DNA of 64,000 nt from sequence record OL436245.1; one strand, given 5' to 3'. The notes below the pieces were generated by a model, which worked only from the letters and a program-made list of their open reading frames with translations, did not search any database and was not told where the DNA came from. Positions 29,996 to 39,115 of the stretch are shown in pieces (position 1 is the stretch's first letter; each line of letters begins with the position of its first letter). The translations under genes were made by a program, and so were the position numbers. Source of the stretch: Staphylococcus phage vB_SurM-PSU4.

Positions 29996-31138
29996 ATGAA
30001 AGAACTAGAGACATGGTTAACACCTATAGATACTTATTACAAACAAAAAAGGTATGGTAGGGTAAAATATGTTAAATGTGTTTGTAAATGTGGAAATATT
30101 AAAGAAATAAGTTACACAAATTATAAAAACGGAAATACAAGAAGCTGTGGTTGTTACAGTAAATTTAAACTTAAAGATAAGTATGGATATAAAAATCGTA
30201 AACAAGGATGTTTAAATATAATAAATATAGGAGGGGAAGTATATTATCCTTTATTTGAGTTTTATGGTTATTATGTAAATACAAACGGAAATGTCTATAG
30301 TGCTAAAACAGATAAAATATTAAAACAGGATACATCTAAAAAAGGTTATCGTTCTGTAGGTTTGTATAATAATATAGGAAGAGCTACTAGACAAAGAGTT
30401 CATAGAATAGTTGCGAGTGTTTTTATTATTAATAATCATAACTTACCTCAAGTTAATCATAAGGATGGGGATAAAGAAAATAATCATGCCAGTAATCTTG
30501 AATGGTGTACTAGTCAATACAACTCTAAGCACGCTTGGGATACAGGGTTAAATAAACCAAGAAGAGGAGAAAAATCTTCAGTAAATAAATTGTCTGAAAA
30601 AGAAGTTGTAGAAATTTATAAAAGTAATAAAACAACTAAAGAGCTATCGGAAATTTTTAATATAAGTCCTAGAACTATACGAGATATTAAACGAGATAAG
30701 ACTTGGACAGACACTACAAAAAACCTTAAAAAAGGAAAGCAACCAGAGAATAAGAAGTTTTCTGAACCAGATATTGTTCATATTTACACTTCTGATGAGA
30801 CTAGTAAAAATTTATCGATACTTTATGATTGCCCTGAACCTACTATTAAAAGTATTCTAAGCGGTAAGTCTTATAAAGATGTAACTAGAAATTTAAAAAA
30901 AGGTAAAAATCCTAACAGATTAACAAAAGAGGAAGTTGAATATATTTATTTAACTAAGTATACTTACAAAGAATTGAAAAATAAGATAAATGTATCAGAG
31001 CCTGTAGTATCTTCAATAAGAAATAATAAAAGTTATACCAAAATAACTAAATATTTACAAGGTAAATCAGAAGAAGATATTGAAAGAGAATACGAAATTA
31101 GTCAAGAGGCTGGCGATGATTATATAGGAGGACTATAA
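29996..31138 (+). CDS. Free-standing HNH homing-endonuclease-like protein: N-terminal Cys cluster, HNH core, three C-terminal DNA-binding repeats
   Basis: HNH motif VNHKDGDKENNHASNLEWCT. Cys cluster VKCVCKCGN...GNTRSCGC. Three ~33-aa repeats ending NLKKGK (NUMOD/IENR-like HTH modules). ATG at 29996 follows AGGAGG; the track's start at 29939 has no RBS. Confidence 0.75.
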   Translation: MKELETWLTPIDTYYKQKRYGRVKYVKCVCKCGNIKEISYTNYKNGNTRSCGCYSKFKLKDKYGYKNRKQGCLNIINIGGEVYYPLFEFYGYYVNTNGNVYSAKTDKILKQDTSKKGYRSVGLYNNIGRATRQRVHRIVASVFIINNHNLPQVNHKDGDKENNHASNLEWCTSQYNSKHAWDTGLNKPRRGEKSSVNKLSEKEVVEIYKSNKTTKELSEIFNISPRTIRDIKRDKTWTDTTKNLKKGKQPENKKFSEPDIVHIYTSDETSKNLSILYDCPEPTIKSILSGKSYKDVTRNLKKGKNPNRLTKEEVEYIYLTKYTYKELKNKINVSEPVVSSIRNNKSYTKITKYLQGKSEEDIEREYEISQEAGDDYIGGL

Positions 31139-31363
31139 ATGAATTACTTAGCTAATGTATTTTTAAATAGTAACTGGTTTATTAAAATGGTAACGATTGT
31201 ATTACTTACAATTGTATTATGTGGTTTAGTGTATGTAGTAAGTGCTTTATCATTATTCTTATCTACAGTACTAAACCTACCAGGTTTAATTGTACTAGCA
31301 TTTTTAGCTAGTGTGAGTATTATTCTTTTAGCAATTGTAAATAATTCTAAGGAGGAAAAATAA
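31139..31363 (+). CDS. Small membrane protein (74 aa, 2 TM)
   Basis: Hydrophobic; ATG overlaps the upstream TAA. Confidence 0.55.
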   Translation: MNYLANVFLNSNWFIKMVTIVLLTIVLCGLVYVVSALSLFLSTVLNLPGLIVLAFLASVSIILLAIVNNSKEEK

Positions 31364-31542
31364 TGACAGTAGCTTTTATGTTTTTGATTGCTTTATTTGT
31401 ATTCCAATTAGTATATAGTTTTCTTTCTATTAAAGAAGCTAAAAACGGAAATGAAATTACAAGTAGTATGTATTTAACTCAATCAGTAGTATGTATGGTT
31501 GGAGTATTAATTATAGGTTCTATGATAACATTATTAAGTTAA
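31363..31542 (+). CDS. Small membrane protein (59 aa)
   Basis: ATG within TAATG after AGGAGG. Hydrophobic. Not in the track because it is under 60 aa. Confidence 0.45.
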   Translation: MTVAFMFLIALFVFQLVYSFLSIKEAKNGNEITSSMYLTQSVVCMVGVLIIGSMITLLS

Positions 31543-31556
31543 AAGGAGAAAAGATA

Positions 31557-32156
31557 ATGGTAAATTACATTGAAGATAAAGTTTGTTATTTAGGAGGGCA
31601 TATACTTTCTCAGGGAATGGTAGAGTATCGTGAAAAACAACATAAACAAGTAGAAGGCATTGTAGGAGTAACTCCTTATAGTCCTCATAAAGATAAATCA
31701 ATTAATGATAAAGCTAACGCAGAACAAACTAAGTTAGCGGAACGCATCTTAAGTAACGATTTTAAAGCTATGCAAGAATCAGATATTTTTGTATTTGATA
31801 TTCTTAATGAAGGATTAGGGACAATTGCAGAGCTAGGTATCTTATTAGGTATGAAACACCAAGCACAACAAACTATCAATAAAGCTAAGCATACTGTAGA
31901 TAATAATAGTGTTATATCTGACGAACATCTTAATGATGCTTATAGATTAGCTGTAGATATTGTAAATAAACCTGTTTTAATTTATTGTTCAGATATTCGT
32001 CAAGGGCATGGTAAACCTTACAATGACCCTGATAGAGCTGAATTTAGTACGAACCAATTTATCTATGGCATGATTTTGTCATTGACCAATGGAGAGGGAT
32101 TTATCTCTTGGGAAGAAGTTTTAAAGAGATTAGAAAAATTAGGGAGTAATGCGTAA
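31557..32156 (+). CDS. Nucleoside 2-deoxyribosyltransferase-family protein
   Basis: GG...SQG N-terminal region, DIFVFDIL...GLGTIAELGI (catalytic Glu in a D-x-G-T-x-x-E-x-G context). ATG at 31557 follows AAAAGGAGAAAAG. Confidence 0.65.
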   Translation: MVNYIEDKVCYLGGHILSQGMVEYREKQHKQVEGIVGVTPYSPHKDKSINDKANAEQTKLAERILSNDFKAMQESDIFVFDILNEGLGTIAELGILLGMKHQAQQTINKAKHTVDNNSVISDEHLNDAYRLAVDIVNKPVLIYCSDIRQGHGKPYNDPDRAEFSTNQFIYGMILSLTNGEGFISWEEVLKRLEKLGSNA

Positions 32157-32464
32157 TGGCAAGAGAACAAGAACCTAGAGTGTTTTCTAAGTTATCGAAA
32201 AAATCAAGGATAGATTATCTTGAAAAACATAATATTGATATGTACAAATTTTTAGAATTGGAAAGTAAAGGAAAAATAGGGTATGAACTTGTTATAGAAC
32301 ATACTAATAAATTAGATAATAGTAATAGTGAGCTAATTATCACAGGAGAACATTCTTCATTAATTATAAGTAGTGATATAATCTTTAATGGAATACTGGA
32401 AGATACAATAGAAACGAAATACCATAGTTTAAAAATAAAAGAAGTAAGGATTAAAGAACAATGA
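32156..32464 (+). CDS. Hypothetical protein (102 aa)
   Basis: Coupled start. Confidence 0.55.
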   Translation: MAREQEPRVFSKLSKKSRIDYLEKHNIDMYKFLELESKGKIGYELVIEHTNKLDNSNSELIITGEHSSLIISSDIIFNGILEDTIETKYHSLKIKEVRIKEQ

Positions 32465-33054
32465 ACATAGAAGCACTAGCATGGATATTATTCTTTTTAT
32501 CTGGGATACTATACATTGTAGGCTATCTTCCTGGATTAAGAGCTATGTATATAGATAAGAGTGTAGAAGGAGTATCACAATTCTTTTGGGAACTGGTATT
32601 AACTACAGTTTCATTTAGTTTCTACACTTTAATTATCACAGGAGCAGATATTGTAAATATTGTTGTAGTAGGTTGTAATATGTTTTTAGCTTTAATTATG
32701 TTAGCTTGGAAGAATATATTAAGATACCAAGCAATCGGAATATTATATACAATACTATATATAGTAATAAACTTAATGGTTTACTTTGTATTTGATATTT
32801 CACTAAGCAGCTTACAGTCTATAGCGACAATAACAATTATTTTAGCATATGTAGACCAGATAATTAGATTTGTAGTAAGGAAAACAGCAGTAGGTACAAG
32901 CCCTTTACTATACTTTATTTTAGGAATGGCTATACTATTTTTAATACTTAATTTGTTATTGACAAATGCTTATATACATGTTATAATAACAGAAGTAGTT
33001 AACCTAATCTTAATTATAATATGTTTCTTTATGTGTATGAAATATCGAGCTTGA
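32461..33054 (+). CDS. Polytopic membrane protein (about 7 TM), possibly a PnuC-like nicotinamide-riboside/nucleoside transporter
   Basis: 197 aa, almost entirely hydrophobic helices with conserved Trp. Size and topology are PnuC-like, and it sits next to a nucleoside-metabolism gene. Confidence 0.55.
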   Translation: MNIEALAWILFFLSGILYIVGYLPGLRAMYIDKSVEGVSQFFWELVLTTVSFSFYTLIITGADIVNIVVVGCNMFLALIMLAWKNILRYQAIGILYTILYIVINLMVYFVFDISLSSLQSIATITIILAYVDQIIRFVVRKTAVGTSPLLYFILGMAILFLILNLLLTNAYIHVIITEVVNLILIIICFFMCMKYRA

Positions 33055-33087
33055 CAAGAATGGAAACAGATGTTATAATAGTTAGGT
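33053..33087 (+). promoter_or_regulatory. Sigma-A-like promoter (TTGACA, 17-bp spacer, TATAAT)
   Basis: CTTGACAAGAATGGAAACAGATGTTATAATAG. Confidence 0.6.
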
Positions 33088-33107
33088 AACTGGAAAGGAG
33101 GAATTTG

Positions 33108-33590
33108 ATGGAAATTTATGTTGATAGTTTAGATTTTGATACTTTTACAATCATTGATAAGAATGGTAATAGGGAAAATATTAACATTAATGATGAATTA
33201 ATGATTGATGAGAATAATATCAACGAAGAGTTTATGAAGCAGTCAGGCAAGTATGCTTATTGGGCTTCATTATTAGAAATTGTAAGACGATATTATGAAG
33301 CAGAGCAAAGAAAGTTAGAAACCATAGGTAGTCAGTTAAACTTAACAGTTAGACAAGCCTATAAGCAAAAAGGTGAAAAGCCTACAAAAGATATGATTGA
33401 GGCTGATGTGTTTATTAATCAAAACTATCAGAATCAATTAAACATTGTAGAGGATTGGTCTTATAAGACTAAACAATTAAATTATATAGTCAAAGCTTTC
33501 GAGCAAAGGGTAAATGCTCTAACGCACTTAGGTGCTGAACAAAGAAAAACAAATAAAAATGGTGGTATTACAAGTCCACTACAATATTAA
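33108..33590 (+). CDS. Hypothetical protein (160 aa)
   Basis: ATG after GGAAAGGAGG. Confidence 0.6.
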   Translation: MEIYVDSLDFDTFTIIDKNGNRENININDELMIDENNINEEFMKQSGKYAYWASLLEIVRRYYEAEQRKLETIGSQLNLTVRQAYKQKGEKPTKDMIEADVFINQNYQNQLNIVEDWSYKTKQLNYIVKAFEQRVNALTHLGAEQRKTNKNGGITSPLQY

Positions 33591-33607
33591 TTAGGAGAGG
33601 AATAAAT

Positions 33608-34834
33608 ATGATGAATTCATTTAGTAATTTTTTATCACAAGAACAACAAAGTACAGAGAGTAATTTCAATAATAACCAACAAGAGAGATACCAACCAAAG
33701 AATAAAACAATTCGTTTAAATAAACAAAACCCTGAGATTATTGTACGTGTATTACCAGGAGTTAAAACACAAGAAGATACAGAAGGTCTTCAATTCTTTA
33801 GTAAATTCCGTAGTATTTTCTTAAACTATGTTAAAGGTGATGGAACAGCTACAAGTTCACCATTCACATTACCATTCACTATGGGAGAATCAGTATTAGA
33901 TTCATTTATTTCTAACTGGAAGAATAATAACGTTAAGATTAATGACTATAATACAAACCCTGCACAACGTTATTTAGTAAACGTAATCCCATTAGTATCT
34001 AATCAAGGTCAATTCCAATATCAAGTAGACCCTATGGGTAATGTTCTTGTAGCACCTATGGAATTAACAAAAACATTATTTGACGACTTATCAGTTAAGT
34101 TACAAGATGAAAACTTAATGCCAACACAAGATTCTAACTTAAATTTTATCTCAGAAAACCATGCCTTTGCAGTTAAACTATATCGTACAGGTCAAGGAAC
34201 AGATACAAGTTATAAAGCAGAAGTTTACCAACGTCAAGATTTAGGTCAATTACCACAAGGATGGGAAAACTTAACAAGTGACATTCAAAAAATGGCTGAA
34301 CCAACAGAGGAAAGTTCACCAGGTTTTGTAAACTTTGTAATCAACAGTATTAATGGTACAGATAAATCAATCAAGAACTTTGATTTTGAAGATGATGGTA
34401 ATACAGCACCAAGTCAAGGTCAATCTGGAGGACAATCACCTTCACAGCAACAAATCGATAATCAAATGCCTTCAAACTTAGGAGCTCCAACTCAAGGTCA
34501 ACCTGTAGAACAACAACAACAGCCTGTTCAACAGTCTCAACCTACTCAACAAGGTAATGTTGATTGGAATAACTTAGCTCAACAACAATCTCAACCAGAA
34601 CAAGGTAATCCATGGTCTGGTGTGGATACAGGTAGTGTAGATGACTCACAAGTACCATTCAATACACAACCACAACAACAAACACAACCAACACAACCAA
34701 CACAAAATCAACAACAAGCACCACAACAGAACCAACAACCGCAACAACAAGCACAACCTAATATTCCTCAAGAACAACAATCACAGAACAAAATGAAGAG
34801 TGTAGATGATATTCTAGGCAATATTGGATTATAA
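33608..34834 (+). CDS. Hypothetical protein with a ~130-aa C-terminal Gln/Pro-rich low-complexity tail; possible ssDNA-binding or recombination mediator
   Basis: Lies immediately upstream of the recA-like gene. The tail is QQQQPVQQSQPTQQ... The functional guess is by position only. Confidence 0.6.
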   Translation: MMNSFSNFLSQEQQSTESNFNNNQQERYQPKNKTIRLNKQNPEIIVRVLPGVKTQEDTEGLQFFSKFRSIFLNYVKGDGTATSSPFTLPFTMGESVLDSFISNWKNNNVKINDYNTNPAQRYLVNVIPLVSNQGQFQYQVDPMGNVLVAPMELTKTLFDDLSVKLQDENLMPTQDSNLNFISENHAFAVKLYRTGQGTDTSYKAEVYQRQDLGQLPQGWENLTSDIQKMAEPTEESSPGFVNFVINSINGTDKSIKNFDFEDDGNTAPSQGQSGGQSPSQQQIDNQMPSNLGAPTQGQPVEQQQQPVQQSQPTQQGNVDWNNLAQQQSQPEQGNPWSGVDTGSVDDSQVPFNTQPQQQTQPTQPTQNQQQAPQQNQQPQQQAQPNIPQEQQSQNKMKSVDDILGNIGL

Positions 34835-34847
34835 GAATTTAATAGTA

Positions 34848-34882
34848 GCACTTAATTGTGCTACTTTATTTTTTAGTTATAT
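34848..34882 (+). terminator. Terminator (AGTAGCAC-TTAATT-GTGCTACT plus T-run)
   Basis: Perfect 8-bp stem, then TTTATTTTTT. Confidence 0.6.
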
Positions 34883-34901
34883 AAGAGGAGGAAAATGATT
34901 T

Positions 34902-36128
34902 ATGGCAAGAAGTAGTAAAAAACAATTTGATATGTCTGATTTAAATACAATTGATTTAGGTAAAGAAATGGGATTGACAATCCTATCAGATACAAACAAA
35001 GCAGATATTAAAAATATATTACCTACAAGAGTACCTCAATATGATAGAATTATGGGTGGAGGGATTCCTTTAGGTAGACTTACCGAGGTTTACGGGATAC
35101 CTGGGAGCGGCAAGAGTACTTTTGCTGTGCACCTAACAAAAACACTAATTGATTTAGGTATTATTACTGTTTGGGTAGATACAGAAGGTACAGCCGATAA
35201 TGCAAGAATGGAACAACTAGGTGTGGATATTACTAAGATATTCTCTATTCAAGCAGGAGAAGGTCAGAGACTTAAAAATACAGTTGAGTTATCTATTGAA
35301 CAAGTAGGTAAGGAATTAGAGTATTGGGTAGATACTTTTAATGAGAAGTACCCAGGTGTACCTATTGTATTTATATGGGATTCACTAGGTGCTACACGCT
35401 CACAAACAGAAATAGATGGCGGTATCGATACTAAACAGATGGGTATAAGAGCTTCTGCCACACAAAAAGTTATTAATGCTATAACACCTAAATTAAATAA
35501 TACAAACACAGGTATTATTGTTGTAAACCAAGCAAGAGACGACATGGATGCAGGTATGTATGGGGATAAAGTTAAATCTGGTGGAGGTAAAGCTTTTGAG
35601 CATAGTGCTAGTTTAAGACTTAAAGTTAATAAAGGAGCACAAGTAAAACAACATAAAGAAACAGCAGGTAAAGAAGAATATTCAGGACATTCTATGAGAT
35701 TGGAAACTAAAAAGTCTAAGTTATCTAGACCTAACCAAAAAGCAAGTTCTGATTTACTTTCAGAATGGGAATTATCTACAGGAGAAGTTATTAACGGTTT
35801 AGACCCTGAGTATACAATTTATCAGGAAGCTGTCGATAAAGGTTTTATTACTAAAGGAGCATGGAGAAACTACGTTACTTTAAATGGTGAAGAAATTAAA
35901 TTACGTGATGCTGAATGGGTTCCTAGACTTAAGGAAGATACTGAGTTGTTTGAAGAGCTATTTAAACGTACTTATGTAGCAAATTTCCCTAAAGGGTATG
36001 CACCATTAAAGAATAAAGATGTAGATATTACAACTATACCTGAATATAAAGCACTAGAAGAATATTATGATGAACTAGAAAAAGAAAAACCTAAAGAAGA
36101 AACAAAAGGAGAGCAGGAAGACCAATAA
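34902..36128 (+). CDS. RecA/UvsX-like recombinase
   Basis: Walker A GIPGSGKSTFA. RecA-like core length. RBS AGGAGG. Confidence 0.8.
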   Translation: MARSSKKQFDMSDLNTIDLGKEMGLTILSDTNKADIKNILPTRVPQYDRIMGGGIPLGRLTEVYGIPGSGKSTFAVHLTKTLIDLGIITVWVDTEGTADNARMEQLGVDITKIFSIQAGEGQRLKNTVELSIEQVGKELEYWVDTFNEKYPGVPIVFIWDSLGATRSQTEIDGGIDTKQMGIRASATQKVINAITPKLNNTNTGIIVVNQARDDMDAGMYGDKVKSGGGKAFEHSASLRLKVNKGAQVKQHKETAGKEEYSGHSMRLETKKSKLSRPNQKASSDLLSEWELSTGEVINGLDPEYTIYQEAVDKGFITKGAWRNYVTLNGEEIKLRDAEWVPRLKEDTELFEELFKRTYVANFPKGYAPLKNKDVDITTIPEYKALEEYYDELEKEKPKEETKGEQEDQ

Positions 36129-36160
36129 AGGTCTTCTTGTTTTAAAAGGAGGTAAGTGTC

Positions 36161-36523
36161 TTGACAAGTAATATGATTGATGATAACCTAGAACGTATTA
36201 AACAGAGTTTAGAAGATGAATCTTATTTAGAAGCAGTACCTGAACCTTATAGAGATATTAAGACAAGGTTCAAATATATTAAAGAGAATGGATTGTATAT
36301 TATCTATGAAGAAAGTGGATTTCCTTACACAGATGCAATGGTAATTTACATTACTGATGTATATGATAGATGGTGTAGGGGTTATTCTATTACTAGATTT
36401 AATGGAGAAAATATCCAAGTACCTAGAACAATTCATTATTCAGATATATATGTACAAGATAAATATAATAAAGTAAAGATTATTGTAGAGGGAGCTAACC
36501 CGTATCGGAGTGAAATGAGTTGA
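36161..36523 (+). CDS. Hypothetical protein (120 aa)
   Basis: TTG start 10 nt after GGAGG. A hairpin (GAAGACC...GGTCTTC) lies upstream. Confidence 0.55.
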   Translation: MTSNMIDDNLERIKQSLEDESYLEAVPEPYRDIKTRFKYIKENGLYIIYEESGFPYTDAMVIYITDVYDRWCRGYSITRFNGENIQVPRTIHYSDIYVQDKYNKVKIIVEGANPYRSEMS

Positions 36524-37173
36524 ATAATGGAAATAGATATGTAATAGATACAGAAGGATTGAGTCATGAATTAGATAGAGACATAGATAAGCTTATGCAC
36601 AACTATAAAAACCTTAGATATGCTCTATATTATAGATTTGCAAACCAAATGGATAGTTATGTTAAGAAAGAAGAACTCTTAGAATACATTAATGAGCAAT
36701 TCATTAAACTTGTTAAAGAATATAATATTCATAGTGAAGTAGACTTCCCTTATTACATTAAAAGTAAATTAACAATGAGAGTTAGAAATAGTTATGTTAA
36801 AAAGAATAGAGATAGGGAAGCTAATGTTGTATTTGGTAATGATGATGATACATTAGAAACGATTATCGAATCAAGTGATAGTGATTTATATATGAATGAT
36901 TTGGTAAGTTATTTATTCGATGGTGTTGATTTCACTGAAGTTGAGAGTGAATTATTACATGAAATATTTACAAATGATGAGAATGTAGATGACCCTATCA
37001 TTGTATCTAATGTAGCTAGTCGAATGGAAGTACCTAGAAAAGATGTCACACGAACATTAACAGAACTAAAAGATTTTATAAGGTTTAAGTTACATGCACA
37101 TGAAAGTAATAATAAGGATATAGATATTGTTAAAGGTAGAGTGAATACTGAAAATAATACGTGGGAAATGTAG
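36520..37173 (+). CDS. RNA polymerase sigma-factor-like protein (phage middle/late sigma)
   Basis: 217 aa. The N-terminal region resembles sigma-70 region 2. It sits downstream of recA, as the sigma gene does in Twort-like phages. Weak call. Confidence 0.5.
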   Translation: MNNGNRYVIDTEGLSHELDRDIDKLMHNYKNLRYALYYRFANQMDSYVKKEELLEYINEQFIKLVKEYNIHSEVDFPYYIKSKLTMRVRNSYVKKNRDREANVVFGNDDDTLETIIESSDSDLYMNDLVSYLFDGVDFTEVESELLHEIFTNDENVDDPIIVSNVASRMEVPRKDVTRTLTELKDFIRFKLHAHESNNKDIDIVKGRVNTENNTWEM

Positions 37174-37246
37174 GAAGAGTACCGTATGAGTGATATATTA
37201 TTACTGAAAACATTAATAATTTAAATAAATTAGGAGATGAAAATAA

Positions 37247-37951
37247 ATGGCTAAAGAAGTATTGAAAGATGTAATCTTTCAAGATGATTCAGTAGATATT
37301 AATAATAAATATCTAGAAATTAAAACAAATGCAGACGGTTATACAGGTACACATAATGGTGTATACTCTTATAAAGTGGTTCAAGAAGACGGTGAATACT
37401 TTGTATACCCAGTAGAAACAGATGGTAAAGGTACACTTATTACACGTAAGAAATCACCAATCATTTATACTGATGGAGATATTGTATATTTTGTAGTAAG
37501 TACAGTTACAGACCCATATGAACACCCAATTATTCGTGAAGAAGATATTAAAGGATTAGACAAAGCTAAACAAGTATTACAAGCTTTCTTAGCATTTGCT
37601 TATGATAACTTTACATTAGGTGTTTATAACGTATTCTTTACAAATACAGAAGATGCTTTCGGTGTTAAAGATAGCTCTGATGAAGATGCAGAGAACTTTG
37701 AAGACTCTGATACACCTTCTGCACGAGCAAGAGAAGAACGTTTTGCTTGGGGTTCAACACGTACTGAAATGAGACCATACCCAGAAGGTGTATCTGAATC
37801 AGTAGCTAAAGAAGAAAAAGAAATCGAAGTAGCTAAAGAAGAAAAAGAAATCGAAGCACCTAAAGAAGAAAAAGAAAACGAAGCACCTAAAGAACCAGAA
37901 AATGTAGACGTAGAACCAAAAGAAAACGAAGCAGAGGCATCTGCTGAATAA
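37247..37951 (+). CDS. Hypothetical protein with C-terminal KEEKEIE tandem repeats
   Basis: The DNA shows three copies of a 30-bp tandem repeat at about 37803-37895. RBS AGGAGATG. Confidence 0.65.
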   Translation: MAKEVLKDVIFQDDSVDINNKYLEIKTNADGYTGTHNGVYSYKVVQEDGEYFVYPVETDGKGTLITRKKSPIIYTDGDIVYFVVSTVTDPYEHPIIREEDIKGLDKAKQVLQAFLAFAYDNFTLGVYNVFFTNTEDAFGVKDSSDEDAENFEDSDTPSARAREERFAWGSTRTEMRPYPEGVSESVAKEEKEIEVAKEEKEIEAPKEEKENEAPKEPENVDVEPKENEAEASAE

Positions 37952-37969
37952 TTGAAAGGATGAAATGTT

Positions 37970-38485
37970 TTGGTAGAAAAGTTAAATTTGTATAAAGGTG
38001 AAGAATTATTAACATCTGGAGAAAAACAAGGAGATATTGCTTCTGTTACAATTACAGACTTAGACTCTAATACGACATATCCTAAAGGAACATATCAAGT
38101 TGCTTTTGAAAATGAATCGGGTGAAAGTGATAAGGTAGATGTTCCTGAATTTAAAACTAAATCTGTTGGTGTAGTTAGTGTATCTTTAGATAAAAACACT
38201 TTAGAATTAGAAACTGAACAAACAGATACCCTAACAGCAACAGTAAGTCCTAATGAAGCAGATAATAAAAATGTAAGTTTCTCTTCAGATAATGAAGACG
38301 TTGCTACTGTAGATGATTCAGGTAGTGTATTAGCAATTAGTCCAGGTACAGCTACTATTACTGTTACAAGTGAAGAAGGTAATAAACAAGCTACTTGTGA
38401 AGTAACTGTAAAAGACCCAATACCTGATGCACCTGAAGATGTAACTGTAGAACCAAGTGAAACAACAGCAGATATTATCGTATAG
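37970..38485 (+). CDS. Ig-like (Big_2-type) domain protein, TTG start
   Basis: Big_2-like segment TLTATVSPNEADNKNVSFSSDNEDVATVDDSGSVLAISPGTATITV. Its N-terminal 70 aa are paralogous to the next ORF. TTG follows AAAGGA. Confidence 0.6.
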   Translation: MVEKLNLYKGEELLTSGEKQGDIASVTITDLDSNTTYPKGTYQVAFENESGESDKVDVPEFKTKSVGVVSVSLDKNTLELETEQTDTLTATVSPNEADNKNVSFSSDNEDVATVDDSGSVLAISPGTATITVTSEEGNKQATCEVTVKDPIPDAPEDVTVEPSETTADIIV

Positions 38486-38501
38486 GAGGAAACTCTAACT
38501 T

Positions 38502-38756
38502 ATGGCAAAAGTATTCAATGTTTATAAAGGTGAAGAAGTAGTACAATATACAGAAGTAGGGGAAGATGGTTCTGCTAAAGCTACTATTAGTGGTTTAGAT
38601 GCAGGAACTGAATATCCTGAAGGTACTTTCCAAGTTTCATTCACTAATGAATCAGGAGAAAGTGATAAAGTAGATGTACCTGCTTTTACAACAGAACAAG
38701 CTAAAGAGTCAGGAGACACTGAACAACCAGAAGAGTCAGGAGAACCTGAAGCTTAA
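38502..38756 (+). CDS. Paralog of the N-terminal domain of the preceding Ig-like protein (84 aa)
   Basis: NVYKGEE...TEYPEGTFQVSFTNESGESDKVDVPAFTT matches NLYKGEE...TTYPKGTYQVAFENESGESDKVDVPEFKT. Confidence 0.6.
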   Translation: MAKVFNVYKGEEVVQYTEVGEDGSAKATISGLDAGTEYPEGTFQVSFTNESGESDKVDVPAFTTEQAKESGDTEQPEESGEPEA

Positions 38757-38767
38757 AAAATATTTTA

Positions 38768-38797
38768 GACCAACATTAATTTGTTGGTCTTTTTTTA
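38768..38797 (+). terminator. Terminator (AGACCAACA...TGTTGGTCT plus T7)
   Basis: 9-bp stem and T-run. Confidence 0.65.
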
Positions 38798-38828
38798 TTG
38801 ACATAAACTATTAACTATGGTATAGTAT
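38798..38828 (+). promoter_or_regulatory. Sigma-A-like promoter (TTGACA, 17-bp spacer, TATAGT)
   Basis: Immediately 3' of the terminator. Confidence 0.55.
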
Positions 38829-38858
38829 ATACATATCAAATAAAAGGAGAGGTTTTAC

Positions 38859-39113
38859 ATGGAAGTAATTACATTTAGAACGTGGAATGATTTAGAAAAG
38901 GTAAGAGAGAAAATGAAAGATGTAAAAGACAATGAAGATATTGCAGTCGTATTTGATAAAGTTTCTACTAAGACACTAAATGTTCAAGCTATTGCAGATG
39001 AAATTAATTTTATTCGAGTAGGTAATGGATATGGTATTAGTGAGTATGGGTTCACAGAACCAGGTGGAGATACTTTCGGTTACATGTATAAGAAAGAGAA
39101 AGAGGAGGAATAA
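38859..39113 (+). CDS. Hypothetical protein (84 aa)
   Basis: RBS AAAAGGAGAGG. Confidence 0.6.
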   Translation: MEVITFRTWNDLEKVREKMKDVKDNEDIAVVFDKVSTKTLNVQAIADEINFIRVGNGYGISEYGFTEPGGDTFGYMYKKEKEEE

Positions 39114-39115
39114 TC

